Made by a program: the position numbers and the translations under genes. Shown in pieces: positions 28,733-39,989 of a stretch of 64,000 bases of DNA. The stretch comes from Neocallimastix sp. 'constans'. Its lineage: Eukaryota. Position 1 is the first letter of the stretch. The number at the start of each line of letters is the position of its first letter. The stretch is from assembly GCA_050613775.1 (NCBI GenBank), contig JBODTK010000015.1, positions 1,302,001 through 1,366,000 of the forward strand. The letters run 5' to 3'. The notes beneath the pieces are model-generated. The model was not told where the DNA came from and ran no database searches. It was given only the letters and a program-made list of their open reading frames with translations.

Positions 28733-29883
28733 ATGAGTTTTATTTTAAATTTAATTGGAAATTTAAAGCCAATATGTATTAATGTTAAAAATTCACCAAT
28801 TCAAACTATTGGTGATCTTAAACAATATGTTGAAGAAATATATGGTATAAGTAAAGATGAACAAAAAATATCGACTTATTCAGGAAAATATCTTAAAAAT
28901 GAAGATAATCTTAAAGCATCTATTGGTATGAATCATGATTTCCAAATAACTAACCTTTCCGTTTCTGTATTAGGAGGAAAGGGTGGTTTTGGAAGTATGT
29001 TAAGAGCTCAAGGTGGTAAAATGTCATCTAAAAAAACAACAAATGTTGAATCATGTCGAGATTTACAAGGAAGACGTTTAAAAACAATTAATGATGCCAC
29101 AAAGTAAATACTTTTTTTTTTTTTGGAACATATATATATTATATATAAATTATACAATTTTCTATTATATATATATTATATATAATAGAAAATTGTATAA
29201 TTTATATATTTCATTAAAATATAACAAAATTCATTTTAAACTTTTTAATAAATCAAAATTATATTATATTTTATTTTATTATATATTATATTATACAAAT
29301 GTTATACAAATATTTATATTTATATATATATTCTTATATTTGTTATAATTATACTATTATTGCTTTTTAATTCAATTATATAAATAATTTTTATAAAACG
29401 AAAAATAAATAAATATAATAATAACTAATGGTTAAATAATAATAATAATAATAATAATAATAAAGATTAGTAGAATATTTAAATAAAGAATCTGAACGTA
29501 AAAGAAAAAGAAAAGAAGAAATTGATAAAAAAATAGAAGAAGGTTTACAAGTTCATACTAAAAAAAGGCATAGATTTGATGATATGGAATACTTCGAAAA
29601 TCATGACAAAATTATGGAAAATATCAAAGGAGCAGTAGCCCAAGGTAAAAATATTTAAATGTTTAATATATAAAAAATATTTTTATTTAATGCTCATCAT
29701 AATGAATTGTTATATTAGTTTATATTTAATACTCAAATAATTATAAATGGTTATGTTAGTTTTATATATATATATTAATTTAATGTATAAATATTTATAA
29801 ATGTTTATGTTAGTTTATGTATTAAGTAATTTAATACTCAAAATGATATATTTATTCCATATACATTAAATTAATAAATGAAG

Positions 29884-29939
<56 letters not shown>

Positions 29940-30534
29940 TTCTAAAATTTGAATTTATTATATGCAATAGTTATAACATTTAAAATGTAATAGCAAAAAT
30001 AATAATTAAAAAAAATTTAAAAAATTATAATAGTAATAATAATAATATATATTATTCATATGTAAATAAAATAAATTTATGTTTCATTATATATATATCT
30101 ATTTGATAATTTATATATTAAATATTGAATTTTTTTTTTTTTTTACATCTATATAAATTATGTTTTAACAATTAATTTTACTAATAATTTTAATAACATT
30201 ATTAGCATGTTCAAAAGGAATAAAAAAAGATAAAGGAAAAGGAAAAGAAAAGGAAAAAGAAATTAAATCCTTAGGAATATGGTATATTTTTTATCTTAAC
30301 ATTATTAAATAAATAAAATAATAGATAAAAATATAATCATATGTTAATTAAAATATATAATTAAAACAAATATATTATATTAGGGATGATTTAAATGAAT
30401 ATGATTTATCCGAATCAGATGAAGAAGAAGAGGAAGAAGATAGTGATAATGGAAGTACTAGTAGTTCTTCTCAAAAAGCAGATATCCCAACCTCAAGCAA
30501 CAAAAATTTAAAAGAAAATTCCAATAAAAAATAA
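28733..30534 (+). CDS. SDE2: Sde2 ubiquitin-fold-activated splicing / genome-stability factor; exons 28733-29103, 29466-29644, 30206-30281, 30384-30534
   Basis: Ubiquitin-like N-terminus ending [42 protein letters not shown], the diagnostic Sde2 motif. Phase-consistent introns and an acidic tail. Confidence 0.93.
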
Positions 30535-30607
30535 AATTAAGAAAAAAAAAATTATACATTTCAAATTATCTAAATTAAAAAATATTTATTATTATACTAT
30601 AAAAATA

Positions 30608-30646
<39 letters not shown>

Positions 30647-30922
30647 AAGAAGAAAAATAAATAATAAATATTTATTTATATATACACCTTTTCTTCTTTC
30701 TTTTTTCTTTTTTTTTTTTTTTTTTATTATCATCATAATATCAAAACTTTTAATATTTTAAATAAATAAAAAAAAAAAAAAAAAATGAAAATAATTAATA
30801 ATATGATTTTTTGTAAATAATATAATCATGTAATTTACTAAATTATAACTACTATTGAAATTATTATTTTTTTCTTCTTCTTTTTTTTTTTTTTTATTTA
30901 TTATATATATTATTTATTTAGT

Positions 30923-30955
<33 letters not shown>

Positions 30956-31402
30956 TCTTTTAATAACCTGTTTTACATATTTCCAAATACATATTTATAT
31001 ATGTATTGAAAAATAGAAAATAATATTATTTCGAGAATTATTTATAAACTAATCATAATGAATATCTTATTTATTTTATATTAACTACAAAAAAAAAAAA
31101 AAACTTTTTACTTTTTTTTTTTTTTTTTTAAAGAGAAATAAATTATATTATTTATAGTATTAAAATATATTATCTAATTTTACTATTTTGTAATAAAAAA
31201 CAAACCTTATATTTTTAAATAAAATTATTATATGCTATTATAATAGTTTTTTTTATTTGTTTCTTTATTTCTCATTAGTTCTTTAAATTTTTTATTTACT
31301 AACAAGTATTTCTGTTAATATTTTTAAAAGAAAGAGAAAATTCTTCAAAGTTGTTTTATCATTAAATTATTAATAATCATTAAAAAATATTAAATATCAA
31401 TA

Positions 31403-31444
<42 letters not shown>

Positions 31445-31529
31445 ATATATAATTAACCTCTTATTAATAAAAATTTTATTAGTATACTAAGAATCATTTA
31501 AAATAATAGAGTTTTTCCAATTTTTTATT

Positions 31530-31926
31530 CTAGTAGTTAGAACTCTGGACTAAGATAAACATATAAACATAAAGTTTCTAGATAGAACCCGAGACTACCC
31601 TCTGAATTTTATTGGGACTACTTTCATTATTCCTGTTGTTAGACTATATATAATTGCTAGTGCAGAGAGCACTTGATCTATATGAGGATTAGTGTAGTTG
31701 TTCCTCCCAACGATGATGGTTTAAGAAATCGCTGAAAATAAGCCCGTCATATAAAGCGACAAATAAGAAATATCTTTCATATTAGCCTTGGTGAGAAGTC
31801 TGCGTCGACACTGAAATTGTATGACAAAAAAATCCAATAAGAGTTTAATACACTGATATATTTAAGGGAGAGACTGGAGGCCCAACTGTCCTCCCCTCTT
31901 GTTAAAATACTGGTATAAAAAAAAAA
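31530..31926 (+). mobile_element. 5'-truncated LINE 3' end (type A family) with poly(A)
   Basis: Homologous to the reverse complement of 3434-3700 (e.g. GAGACTGGAGG..TGTCCTC..CTCTTGTTAA; GTTGTTCCTCCCA), ending in an A-run at 31917-31926. Confidence 0.8.
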
Positions 31927-32400
31927 TGAAATAAAAGATCATACTAACCATTTATATATATACATTTATATATATATATATTATATATATATAATTTTAA
32001 ATATAAGAAAGTATAACTATATTTATATTAGAAAACATATAAAACAATTCCATTTTATATTTTATTATTATTATTATATATTATTTAATTTATTATATAT
32101 TATTATTATTATAATAATGAATTTTATTTTATTTTTAAAAAATTCAATCATTTAAATTATATATAAGTTGGAAAGAAAAAGATTAGAATTAAAATAATTA
32201 TGATAAAAAAAAAAATAAAAAAAAATTAAATTTTTAAAATATATAAATATATAAATTATTTAAAGATAATAAGGATTAGGATATATATATATTTTTTTTA
32301 TATTTTTATTATTTTATTATTTTCTGATGTTTTTATTATTATTTTTTGAATTTTAAATTTGAATTTTGAATTTAAATTTTGAATTTAATTTTTTCTATTC

Positions 32401-32654
32401 TGTTAAAAATAAAGTTCAAATAGTATAGTAATTTATATTATATATATTTAAGTCTCTATGTATGTATGTATGTATGTGGCTTAATACATATAATATTAAT
32501 ATGAAGTTATTGTGTAATTGATGTAGTAAAAAACTAATACATGTAATTAGTATAAAATAAAATAATAATTTAATAATTAAATAAAATAGAACTTAAATAA
32601 ATAAAAAAAAAAAAAAAAAAAAAAAATAAAATAAAATAAAAATAAAAAACAAAA
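32401..32654 (+). repeat. 5' LTR (254 bp)
   Basis: Begins TGTTAAAAATAAAG and ends AAAAAACAAAA. Direct repeat of 38267-38518. Confidence 0.95.
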
Positions 32655-32669
32655 GATTAAGAGTCTCAT
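32655..32669 (+). other. Primer-binding site GATTAAGAGTCTCAT, complementary to the tRNA-Lys(CUU) anticodon arm
   Basis: Immediately follows the LTR. Its reverse complement ATGAGACT-CTT-AATC is the anticodon stem-loop sequence of eukaryotic tRNA-Lys(CUU). Confidence 0.8.
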
Positions 32670-32677
32670 TAGCAGTA

Positions 32678-33718
32678 ATGAGTGAAAAAAGGAATATAAC
32701 GAATACTGTTGAAGAAACAGTAAATACATTAAACCAAATAAATACAGTAAACATAGCAAATAAACCAACTACTACAAAACACCTATTAACATCAAATAAC
32801 TACAGACTATGGTTAACGGATATGGATCTTTTATTAGTTATTAATGATGTTGATGACTATGTTTACGAAGAAAAGATAAAAGTTATAAAGAAAAACAAAA
32901 TAGCTAAAGAAAATCTAAAGAAATATAAAAAGGTTAGAGGTTGTGATGACCTATATTATGAAAAAGACGTCACAAAAGAAATGATAAAGCTAGATTCTTT
33001 AGCTAAGCATCTGATAAACAATAGCATATCAGATGAAATCAAAATTAAATTAGATTTTCAAAGATCTAGTGCCTATCAAATTTAGAACATTTTAAAAGCA
33101 AGTAATACTAGATCAAATGAAGAAAGGAAATTAGAATTAAAAAATAAGTTAAAGAATATGAAATATAACAAAGAAAATGATATTTCATTATTTATTGAAG
33201 AAATGAACAACATTTTCAATGAATTAAGTAGTCTTGAAATGGAAATCAGCGATGAGAAGAAATTTGAATATCTTTATCTCGCTCTTCCATATGAAATAAC
33301 ATTGGAAGTTAACATAATGGACCACGATGGGAAATGGGAAGATGTTACCAAATGTCTAAAAAAGAAGGTCCCTAAGCTAAAATATCTTAAGGAACTTAGA
33401 AAAGAAAATAACCACAAGAATAATACAGTAATAAACGTTAACTCAATGACCAAGAAAAATAGATTCACACCAAGAAACAACAGAGGAAGAAAAAGATGTT
33501 ATATATGTAACAAGCTAGGACATATAGCACGGGACTGTTGGCATAATGAGAAGAACAAAAGAAAAAAGAACAATAATATCAAAGCCAACAACGCAAGTAT
33601 AAACAAAGAGGATGGGTATTGCGAATTTGCTGATGCTCAAATAAGCCTCGAAGATTACAATTCAGATGAAGATATCCAATCCTCATACTCCGTTCGACCG
33701 AGGCGTGGACGCTACTAA
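32678..33718 (+). CDS. gag: Copia Gag with CCHC knuckle; one in-frame TAG at 33083-33085
   Basis: ORFs 32678-33085 and 33158-33718 share a frame. Motifs LTSNNYRLW, SAYQI*NIL and CYICNKLGHIARDC. Confidence 0.9.
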
Positions 33719-36700
33719 AGCAGAAAATAACATGCCGAGACAAAACCTCAGTTATTATGTGACTGCCCCGTCAACTAAAGCGAAGCTACCAAGTAATATA
33801 GTCAGTTGGACAATTGACTCCGGAGCCACCTATCACATGACAAATGCATTATCAAGTTTAATAGATAAGATAAGGTGTGAAGAAATTATCCAATTCGCTG
33901 ACGGAGGTACAGTTACTGCTACGTACAAAGGTACGTACGTAGGCTATATTAACAATAATGAAATTACATTACGAAATGTATTATATATTCCTAAATTCAA
34001 AAGAAGTTTGTTGTCAATAGACAACTTAAGTGAAGAAGGTTATAAAACAATATTTTACAATTTTAATAATAAAAATTTAGTTACCATTTACAACAAAGAA
34101 GGCAAAAGGATATTTACTACCAAATCTAATAAATCCAAAATATATAAAGTATGGACTTTCAAAAATAAAATAGAATATAATAGGGACAACAACAAAAAGA
34201 CTATTACATGTGACAATATTATAAAAGCTTTTAACACAGAAAACATGGAGCTATGGCACCGCCGTCTTGGCCACTTTTATATAGATAACATTAAGGAAAA
34301 ATTAAATAATATAAACATACAAAATAAATGTATAATATGTGCGTCCAAGATGAGAAATAAACCTTATAACAAAGCAAGAAACAAATCAAAAGAGCCGTTT
34401 GAACTTATACATATGGATACAGTGTCATCCCTAGATAGCTCCATATATGGAAATAAATATTTCTTAAGTATATTAGATGATTATACCAGGTACGGATGGG
34501 TCTTTTTTATGAACTCAAAAGCCGAAGTGTTCAATATTTTCAGAAAATGGTATAAGAAAGTCACCAACATTTTCAACAAAAATATTAAATATATACGAAC
34601 CGACAATGGTACTGAGTTTACAAATAATAACTTTAGGAAATTTTGTGAAGAAAATGGTATTGAACAACAATTTTCAATACCTTACAACCCACAGCAAAAC
34701 GGAAGAGCCGAACGTTTTCAAGAAACCCTCATTTATAACGCCACCGCCATGCTCAAAGACGGTAAGCTAAATCATAAATATTGGGAAGATGCTGTAAGGA
34801 CAGCAAATTACATTCATAATAGGTTACCACATAATGGTAACAACAACAAAGTGCCTTTTGAGGAATTATATCAAGAAAAGGTCGATTATGAAAAGTTTAG
34901 AGTATTTGGTTGCCAAGTTTACTTTTATATCCCAAAACAATTTAGGCGAAAATTCAACGGAACCTCCCTTCCTGGAATATTTTTAGGATATGATGATAAA
35001 AATCCAACAGCCTACATAATATATGATACTACAAATAATAAAATAGTCCTTTCAAGGACAGTTGAATTCTTCGAAGATACCCCTGGTAATATTTCCGCAC
35101 CTTCTACAAGACCAGAAATATATAACTTTGAGGTTAATATGGAAGAATACGATGAAAATAACAAAAATACAGTATTACTCCAAGACTATAATAACAAAAA
35201 TAAGGAACATGAAAATAAAGAGACAACAGAAAATAGAGAAGAAAATAAAAATAATAACAATATAAATAATAATGATAACTTAAATAATTTAAATAATAAT
35301 TATTTAGAAAATAATAATTTAAATAATAATAATAATATAAATAATAATTATCCAAATGATAATAATTTAAATAAATATAATTTTAATAAAAATTATTTAA
35401 ATGATAATAATACTAATTTTACTTATAGTCCTAATCCAAATAAAAATTTTCCCCAATCAACCAATATAATTGACCCATATAAAAATTATAATAATTATAA
35501 TATTTTACCTTTAAATAATTTAAATAGTAATATAAGTAGCAATTTACCTTTTGCAGAAAACTTAAATCCGGCCATTTACAATTATAATGCTGGATTTATA
35601 AATCCTAATTTAAATTATTTAAATAAAAATAATTATATTCAAAATGAAAATTATAATAATTTTCTAAATGAATATAAGGGTCATTTATATTTAAATGATA
35701 ATAATTTAAATAATAATTATATTAATAAAATTATAAATTATGAAAATAATGCTCAAAATTCATCAAATTCAGGAAATTTAAACAATAAAAATTCAGAAGA
35801 TAATTCTCAAGGTAAATATAATTTAATTAACAACATAAACAATAAAAATGATAAAATGGAACAATCCATACATAATTCAAATTGTAATGATAACGTTATG
35901 AATGGAAATTCAAGTTCCATTGATAATAATTATGTAAAAAATAATTATATTCCAAATAATAATTTATATAAAAATAATTTTAATACAAAAATGAGAATTA
36001 ATAATTTATATGATGGTCAGTCGAATATGAACGATGTCCAACGTATAAATAATAATTCTAATATAAACAAAGAATTAAATTCAAATATAAACAATGAATT
36101 AAATTCAAATATAAACAAAGGATTAATTTCAAATATAAACAATGAATTAAATTCAAATATAAATAAAGAATTAAATTCAAATATAAAAAATGAATTAAAT
36201 TCAAATGTAAGCAAAGAATTAAATTCAAATGTAAACAAAGAATTAAATTCAAAAGTAAACAAAGAATTAAATTCAAATATAAAAAATGAATTAAATTCAA
36301 ATGTAAACAAAGAATTAAATTCAAATGTAAACAAAGAATTAAATTCAAATGTAAACAAAGAATTAAATTCAAATGAAAATAAAGAATTAAATTCAAATGA
36401 AAATAAAGAATTAAATAAATTAGATATGAATAATAAATCAAATAATTCTACAATATCAAATATTAATAATGATAAAGAAACACCAGATAAAACAATTAAT
36501 AAGAAAACAAGTAAGCGTAAAGGAAAGAGAAAACTTGATTCAGAAACAAAACCTGAATCAAAGAAATTAAAATCATCAAATTTAAAGGACAAGAACGTTA
36601 AACGGAAAGGTAAGAGAAAACTTGATTCTGAATTAAAACCAGAATCAAAGAAAATAAAATCATTTGATTTAATGGATATAATAGAAGATAATTTTTCTTT

Positions 36701-38243
36701 ATTATCTACAAAGGAGGAGCTGTGTGAACCCTATAATTATCCTGATATATTCAATAAAATTGATAAAAATGAATGGTTACAAGCAGTCAAGGAGGAATTA
36801 AACAGCATGAAAAACTTAAAAGTTTATAAGAAAGTTGATAGGGTACCCAAGGGTAGTAATATAATAACACCAAAGTGGGTGTTCAGATACAAATATAATT
36901 CAGACAATAGTATAAATAAAAGAAAAGCAAGACTGGTAGCCAGAGGTTTTACACAAAAACAAGGCATTGATTATAATGAGACGTTCTCGCCCACATTGAA
37001 ACAGGACTCTTTGAGAATAGCAACTGCTATTGCATCAGCCAATAACTTTAATATATATCAAATTGATATAAAATCAGCCTACCTAAACGCTACACTAAAC
37101 GAAGATGTTTATATGGAAATTCCAGAAGGTGCTGAAGATTATAAAAATGGCTATTGGAAACTAAATAAAGCCTTGTACGGTTTGAAACAGTCTGGTCGTT
37201 TGTGGAACGAGACTTTAAATGAAAAACTTATAAATATTGGTTTTAATAGACTTCGAAGTGAACCATGCATTTACGTTAAAATGAATGATCGGAATAAAAT
37301 TATTTGTCTTCTTACAGTTTATGTAGATGATATATTATTAACAGGTAATGAACATGAAGTATATAAAACAAAACATTTATTAAAAAATTATTTTAACATA
37401 ACTGATATAGGTCCTGTGGATACAATCATTGGCGTTAAATTTATAAAAGAAAAGGACGGCTATCTATTGCAACAACATAAATATCTAGAGAATATATTAA
37501 GAAAATTTGATATAGATAAGTATAAAATATCTTCAAATATGATACCAGAAGAAAATGAAGAATTAAGAAAAAGAAAATTCAATATCACGAAATACCAACA
37601 AGCTATAGGTAGTTTATTATATCTCGCGATATATACTAGACCGGATATCTTATTTCCTGTGAATAAAGCTTCCAGAAAAGCCAAAGATCCAAATTATGAA
37701 GATTGGTATAATGTCATCAAAATATTTAGATACTTCAAGGGAAAACCTAATTATGGATTAAGGTATTCAGGAAACTTAAAATTAAATGTTTATGTAGATG
37801 CAGATTACGGAGGAGATGTAGAGTCTAGAAAATCTACTACGGGTTATATAATTAAAATAGGTTCAGGACCTACCTCATGGTATTCAAAATTACAACACTG
37901 TGTATCTGTATCTTCTGCCGAAAGTGAATATTATGGAATAAATGAATGCGCTAGACATTGCTTGTGGTATGAAAATGTATTAAATGAATTAAAATTAAAT
38001 TGTAATTGTATAACAATAAATGTAGATAATAAAGCTGCCATTTATAATTGCGAAAATGAAACTATTAACCCAAGATCTAGACACATAGACATAAAATATC
38101 ACCACACAAGAGATCTTATTAAAGAAAATAAAATAAAACTAAAATATATAAAGTCTGAAGATAATCTAGCCGATGGTTTTACAAAGTATCTTAATACATA
38201 TCTATTAAATAAATTTAGAGATTCTATTATGGTGAAGTGTTAG
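33666..38243 (+). CDS. pol: Copia Pol (protease, integrase, RT, RNase H) in the +1 frame relative to gag; probably entered by frameshift near 33702
   Basis: PR: WTIDSGATYHM. IN: LWHRRLGH..CIIC, IHMD, RTDNGTEF, QQNGRAER. RT: KARLVARGF, LYGLKQSGR, YVDDILL. RH: YVDADY, SSAESEY, VDNKAAI, RHIDIKYH. Confidence 0.97.
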   Translation: MKISNPHTPFDRGVDATKAENNMPRQNLSYYVTAPSTKAKLPSNIVSWTIDSGATYHMTNALSSLIDKIRCEEIIQFADGGTVTATYKGTYVGYINNNEITLRNVLYIPKFKRSLLSIDNLSEEGYKTIFYNFNNKNLVTIYNKEGKRIFTTKSNKSKIYKVWTFKNKIEYNRDNNKKTITCDNIIKAFNTENMELWHRRLGHFYIDNIKEKLNNINIQNKCIICASKMRNKPYNKARNKSKEPFELIHMDTVSSLDSSIYGNKYFLSILDDYTRYGWVFFMNSKAEVFNIFRKWYKKVTNIFNKNIKYIRTDNGTEFTNNNFRKFCEENGIEQQFSIPYNPQQNGRAERFQETLIYNATAMLKDGKLNHKYWEDAVRTANYIHNRLPHNGNNNKVPFEELYQEKVDYEKFRVFGCQVYFYIPKQFRRKFNGTSLPGIFLGYDDKNPTAYIIYDTTNNKIVLSRTVEFFEDTPGNISAPSTRPEIYNFEVNMEEYDENNKNTVLLQDYNNKNKEHENKETTENREENKNNNNINNNDNLNNLNNNYLENNNLNNNNNINNNYPNDNNLNKYNFNKNYLNDNNTNFTYSPNPNKNFPQSTNIIDPYKNYNNYNILPLNNLNSNISSNLPFAENLNPAIYNYNAGFINPNLNYLNKNNYIQNENYNNFLNEYKGHLYLNDNNLNNNYINKIINYENNAQNSSNSGNLNNKNSEDNSQGKYNLINNINNKNDKMEQSIHNSNCNDNVMNGNSSSIDNNYVKNNYIPNNNLYKNNFNTKMRINNLYDGQSNMNDVQRINNNSNINKELNSNINNELNSNINKGLISNINNELNSNINKELNSNIKNELNSNVSKELNSNVNKELNSKVNKELNSNIKNELNSNVNKELNSNVNKELNSNVNKELNSNENKELNSNENKELNKLDMNNKSNNSTISNINNDKETPDKTINKKTSKRKGKRKLDSETKPESKKLKSSNLKDKNVKRKGKRKLDSELKPESKKIKSFDLMDIIEDNFSLLSTKEELCEPYNYPDIFNKIDKNEWLQAVKEELNSMKNLKVYKKVDRVPKGSNIITPKWVFRYKYNSDNSINKRKARLVARGFTQKQGIDYNETFSPTLKQDSLRIATAIASANNFNIYQIDIKSAYLNATLNEDVYMEIPEGAEDYKNGYWKLNKALYGLKQSGRLWNETLNEKLINIGFNRLRSEPCIYVKMNDRNKIICLLTVYVDDILLTGNEHEVYKTKHLLKNYFNITDIGPVDTIIGVKFIKEKDGYLLQQHKYLENILRKFDIDKYKISSNMIPEENEELRKRKFNITKYQQAIGSLLYLAIYTRPDILFPVNKASRKAKDPNYEDWYNVIKIFRYFKGKPNYGLRYSGNLKLNVYVDADYGGDVESRKSTTGYIIKIGSGPTSWYSKLQHCVSVSSAESEYYGINECARHCLWYENVLNELKLNCNCITINVDNKAAIYNCENETINPRSRHIDIKYHHTRDLIKENKIKLKYIKSEDNLADGFTKYLNTYLLNKFRDSIMVKC
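36057..36416 (+). repeat. 15 x 24-bp in-frame tandem repeat encoding SN(I/V/E)NKELN within Pol
   Basis: Fifteen octapeptide units counted in the translation; unit approximately TCAAATGTAAACAAAGAATTAAAT. Confidence 0.95.
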
Positions 38244-38258
38244 TCACAATTGAACTTT

Positions 38259-38266
38259 AGGAGGAG
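38259..38266 (+). other. Polypurine tract AGGAGGAG
   Basis: Purine run directly abutting the TG of the 3' LTR; conserved at 19796-19803. Confidence 0.85.
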
Positions 38267-38518
38267 TGTTAAAAATAAAGTTCAAATAGTATAGTAATTT
38301 ATATTATATATATTTAAGTCTCTATGTATGTATGTATGTATGTGGCTTAATACATATAATATTAATATGAAGTTATTGTGTAATTGATGTAGTAAAAAAC
38401 TAATACATGTAATTAGTATAAAATAAAATAATAATTTAATAATTAAATAAAATAGAACTTAAATAAATAAAAAAAAAAAAAAAAAAAAAATAAAATAAAA
38501 TAAAAATAAAAAACAAAA
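38267..38518 (+). repeat. 3' LTR (252 bp)
   Basis: Identical to the 5' LTR apart from two fewer A residues in the homopolymer. Confidence 0.95.
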
Positions 38519-39170
38519 TATTCTATGGTCATTTAATACTGAAAAAAATAATAATAATTATAAATAAACTAAAGTTACATATGTATAAGTATAAATATAT
38601 ATATTATATAATAAAATTTTATCATTATTAAAATTTTAAAGAAAAAAAAAGTTTTTATGGTTTTTTAACATTATTCAATAAAGATTAAAATGCATATAAG
38701 TTAAATTATTGAAAGAATAAAATTTTTATTTTAATTAAACATATAATAGATTATCATAAAATAATATGAAATACTTTTTTTATTTTTGTTGAAAAATAAA
38801 ATAAAATAAAAACAAAATTAAATAAAAACAAAAGTAAAATAAAATAATTCATGACTTTAGAATAATTAAAATATTTAAAATTAATTATAAAATATAATTG
38901 TTTAATATAAATCAAAAAAAAAAAAAAAATAACAAAAAACATTAACAAAAAAAATAATAAATAACAAATAAATATAATATTAAACTCATTTTTTATTAAT
39001 TATTATCAAAGGAAGTTTCAGTTCTTAATAACACTAGTTTATAAATATTATCATTTAATCATAATTTTTAATTTTTTTACATCATTATTTTAATTAGTTT
39101 TTAAGATTAAACATAAAATATTCGAAAGTATGGTGATATTAAAAAACATAAATAAATAATAATAAAACGA

Positions 39171-39203
<33 letters not shown>

Positions 39204-39827
39204 TTTTTAAAGTAATAAACAAAAATAACTAATTTAAATTATAATTATTTTCAATGATTATATTGTTATTATTATAAATTATATGTTAAAAAGAATAAAG
39301 ATTAAGTATAAAAAATTAATCACGAAATATCATATTCATATAATACTATTGTATTTTTTTTTTTTTTTATGATGTTAAATATAAAATTAGAATAGAAATA
39401 CGATTTTATTTATTTATTAGAATTTACGATAAAATAAAAATTTTTTTAAAATAAAAAAGGAAAAAAAATTTTTTAAAGGATGTTTAAATGATTAAATATT
39501 TAAAATATTAAAAAAAAAAAAAAAAAAAGATAATATCTTCGACTTGTAATATAATATCAATAATATATATTATAAAAAGTTTTTTTAATTTTTTTTTTCT
39601 ATTCTGCTATTGATATTTTGTTATGATTTCAAACTTCATTAATTTTTTTTTTTATAATGAATAAAATTTTATATATAAAAATTTAAATAATTATATTTTT
39701 TTATAATATATATAAATATTTGTATTTTTCGAAAACGTTAAACATTATTATTTTCATTTAGGAATTTTTAAGAATGAAAAACAACAACACTATATAGAAC
39801 ATAAAGAAAAAAAACAATAATATATAA

Positions 39828-39870
<43 letters not shown>

Positions 39871-39958
39871 TTTATTAAATATTAGTATTTTTTTTTTTTA
39901 TCTCTCACGCATTTATTGCTTTAGTTTTAATTTTATTATAGTTAATACATTAATAGTT

Positions 39959-39989
<31 letters not shown>

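Larger units (their letters stand above)
32401..38518 (+). mobile_element. Full-length, recently inserted Ty1/Copia LTR retrotransposon; TSD TATTC (32396-32400 and 38519-38523)
   Basis: Two LTRs identical except for poly-A length, domain order gag-PR-IN-RT-RH, PBS, PPT and a 5-bp TSD. Confidence 0.97.

Noticed and set aside
33666..33668. ATG as an independent pol start codon
   Set aside because: It lies inside gag just upstream of a better explanation (the +1 heptamer), and Copia Pol is normally made as a Gag-Pol fusion. Not formally excluded.
36017..36592. Antisense ORFs of 191 aa and 127 aa over the Copia repeat
   Set aside because: They are shadows of the stop-free 24-bp repeat.
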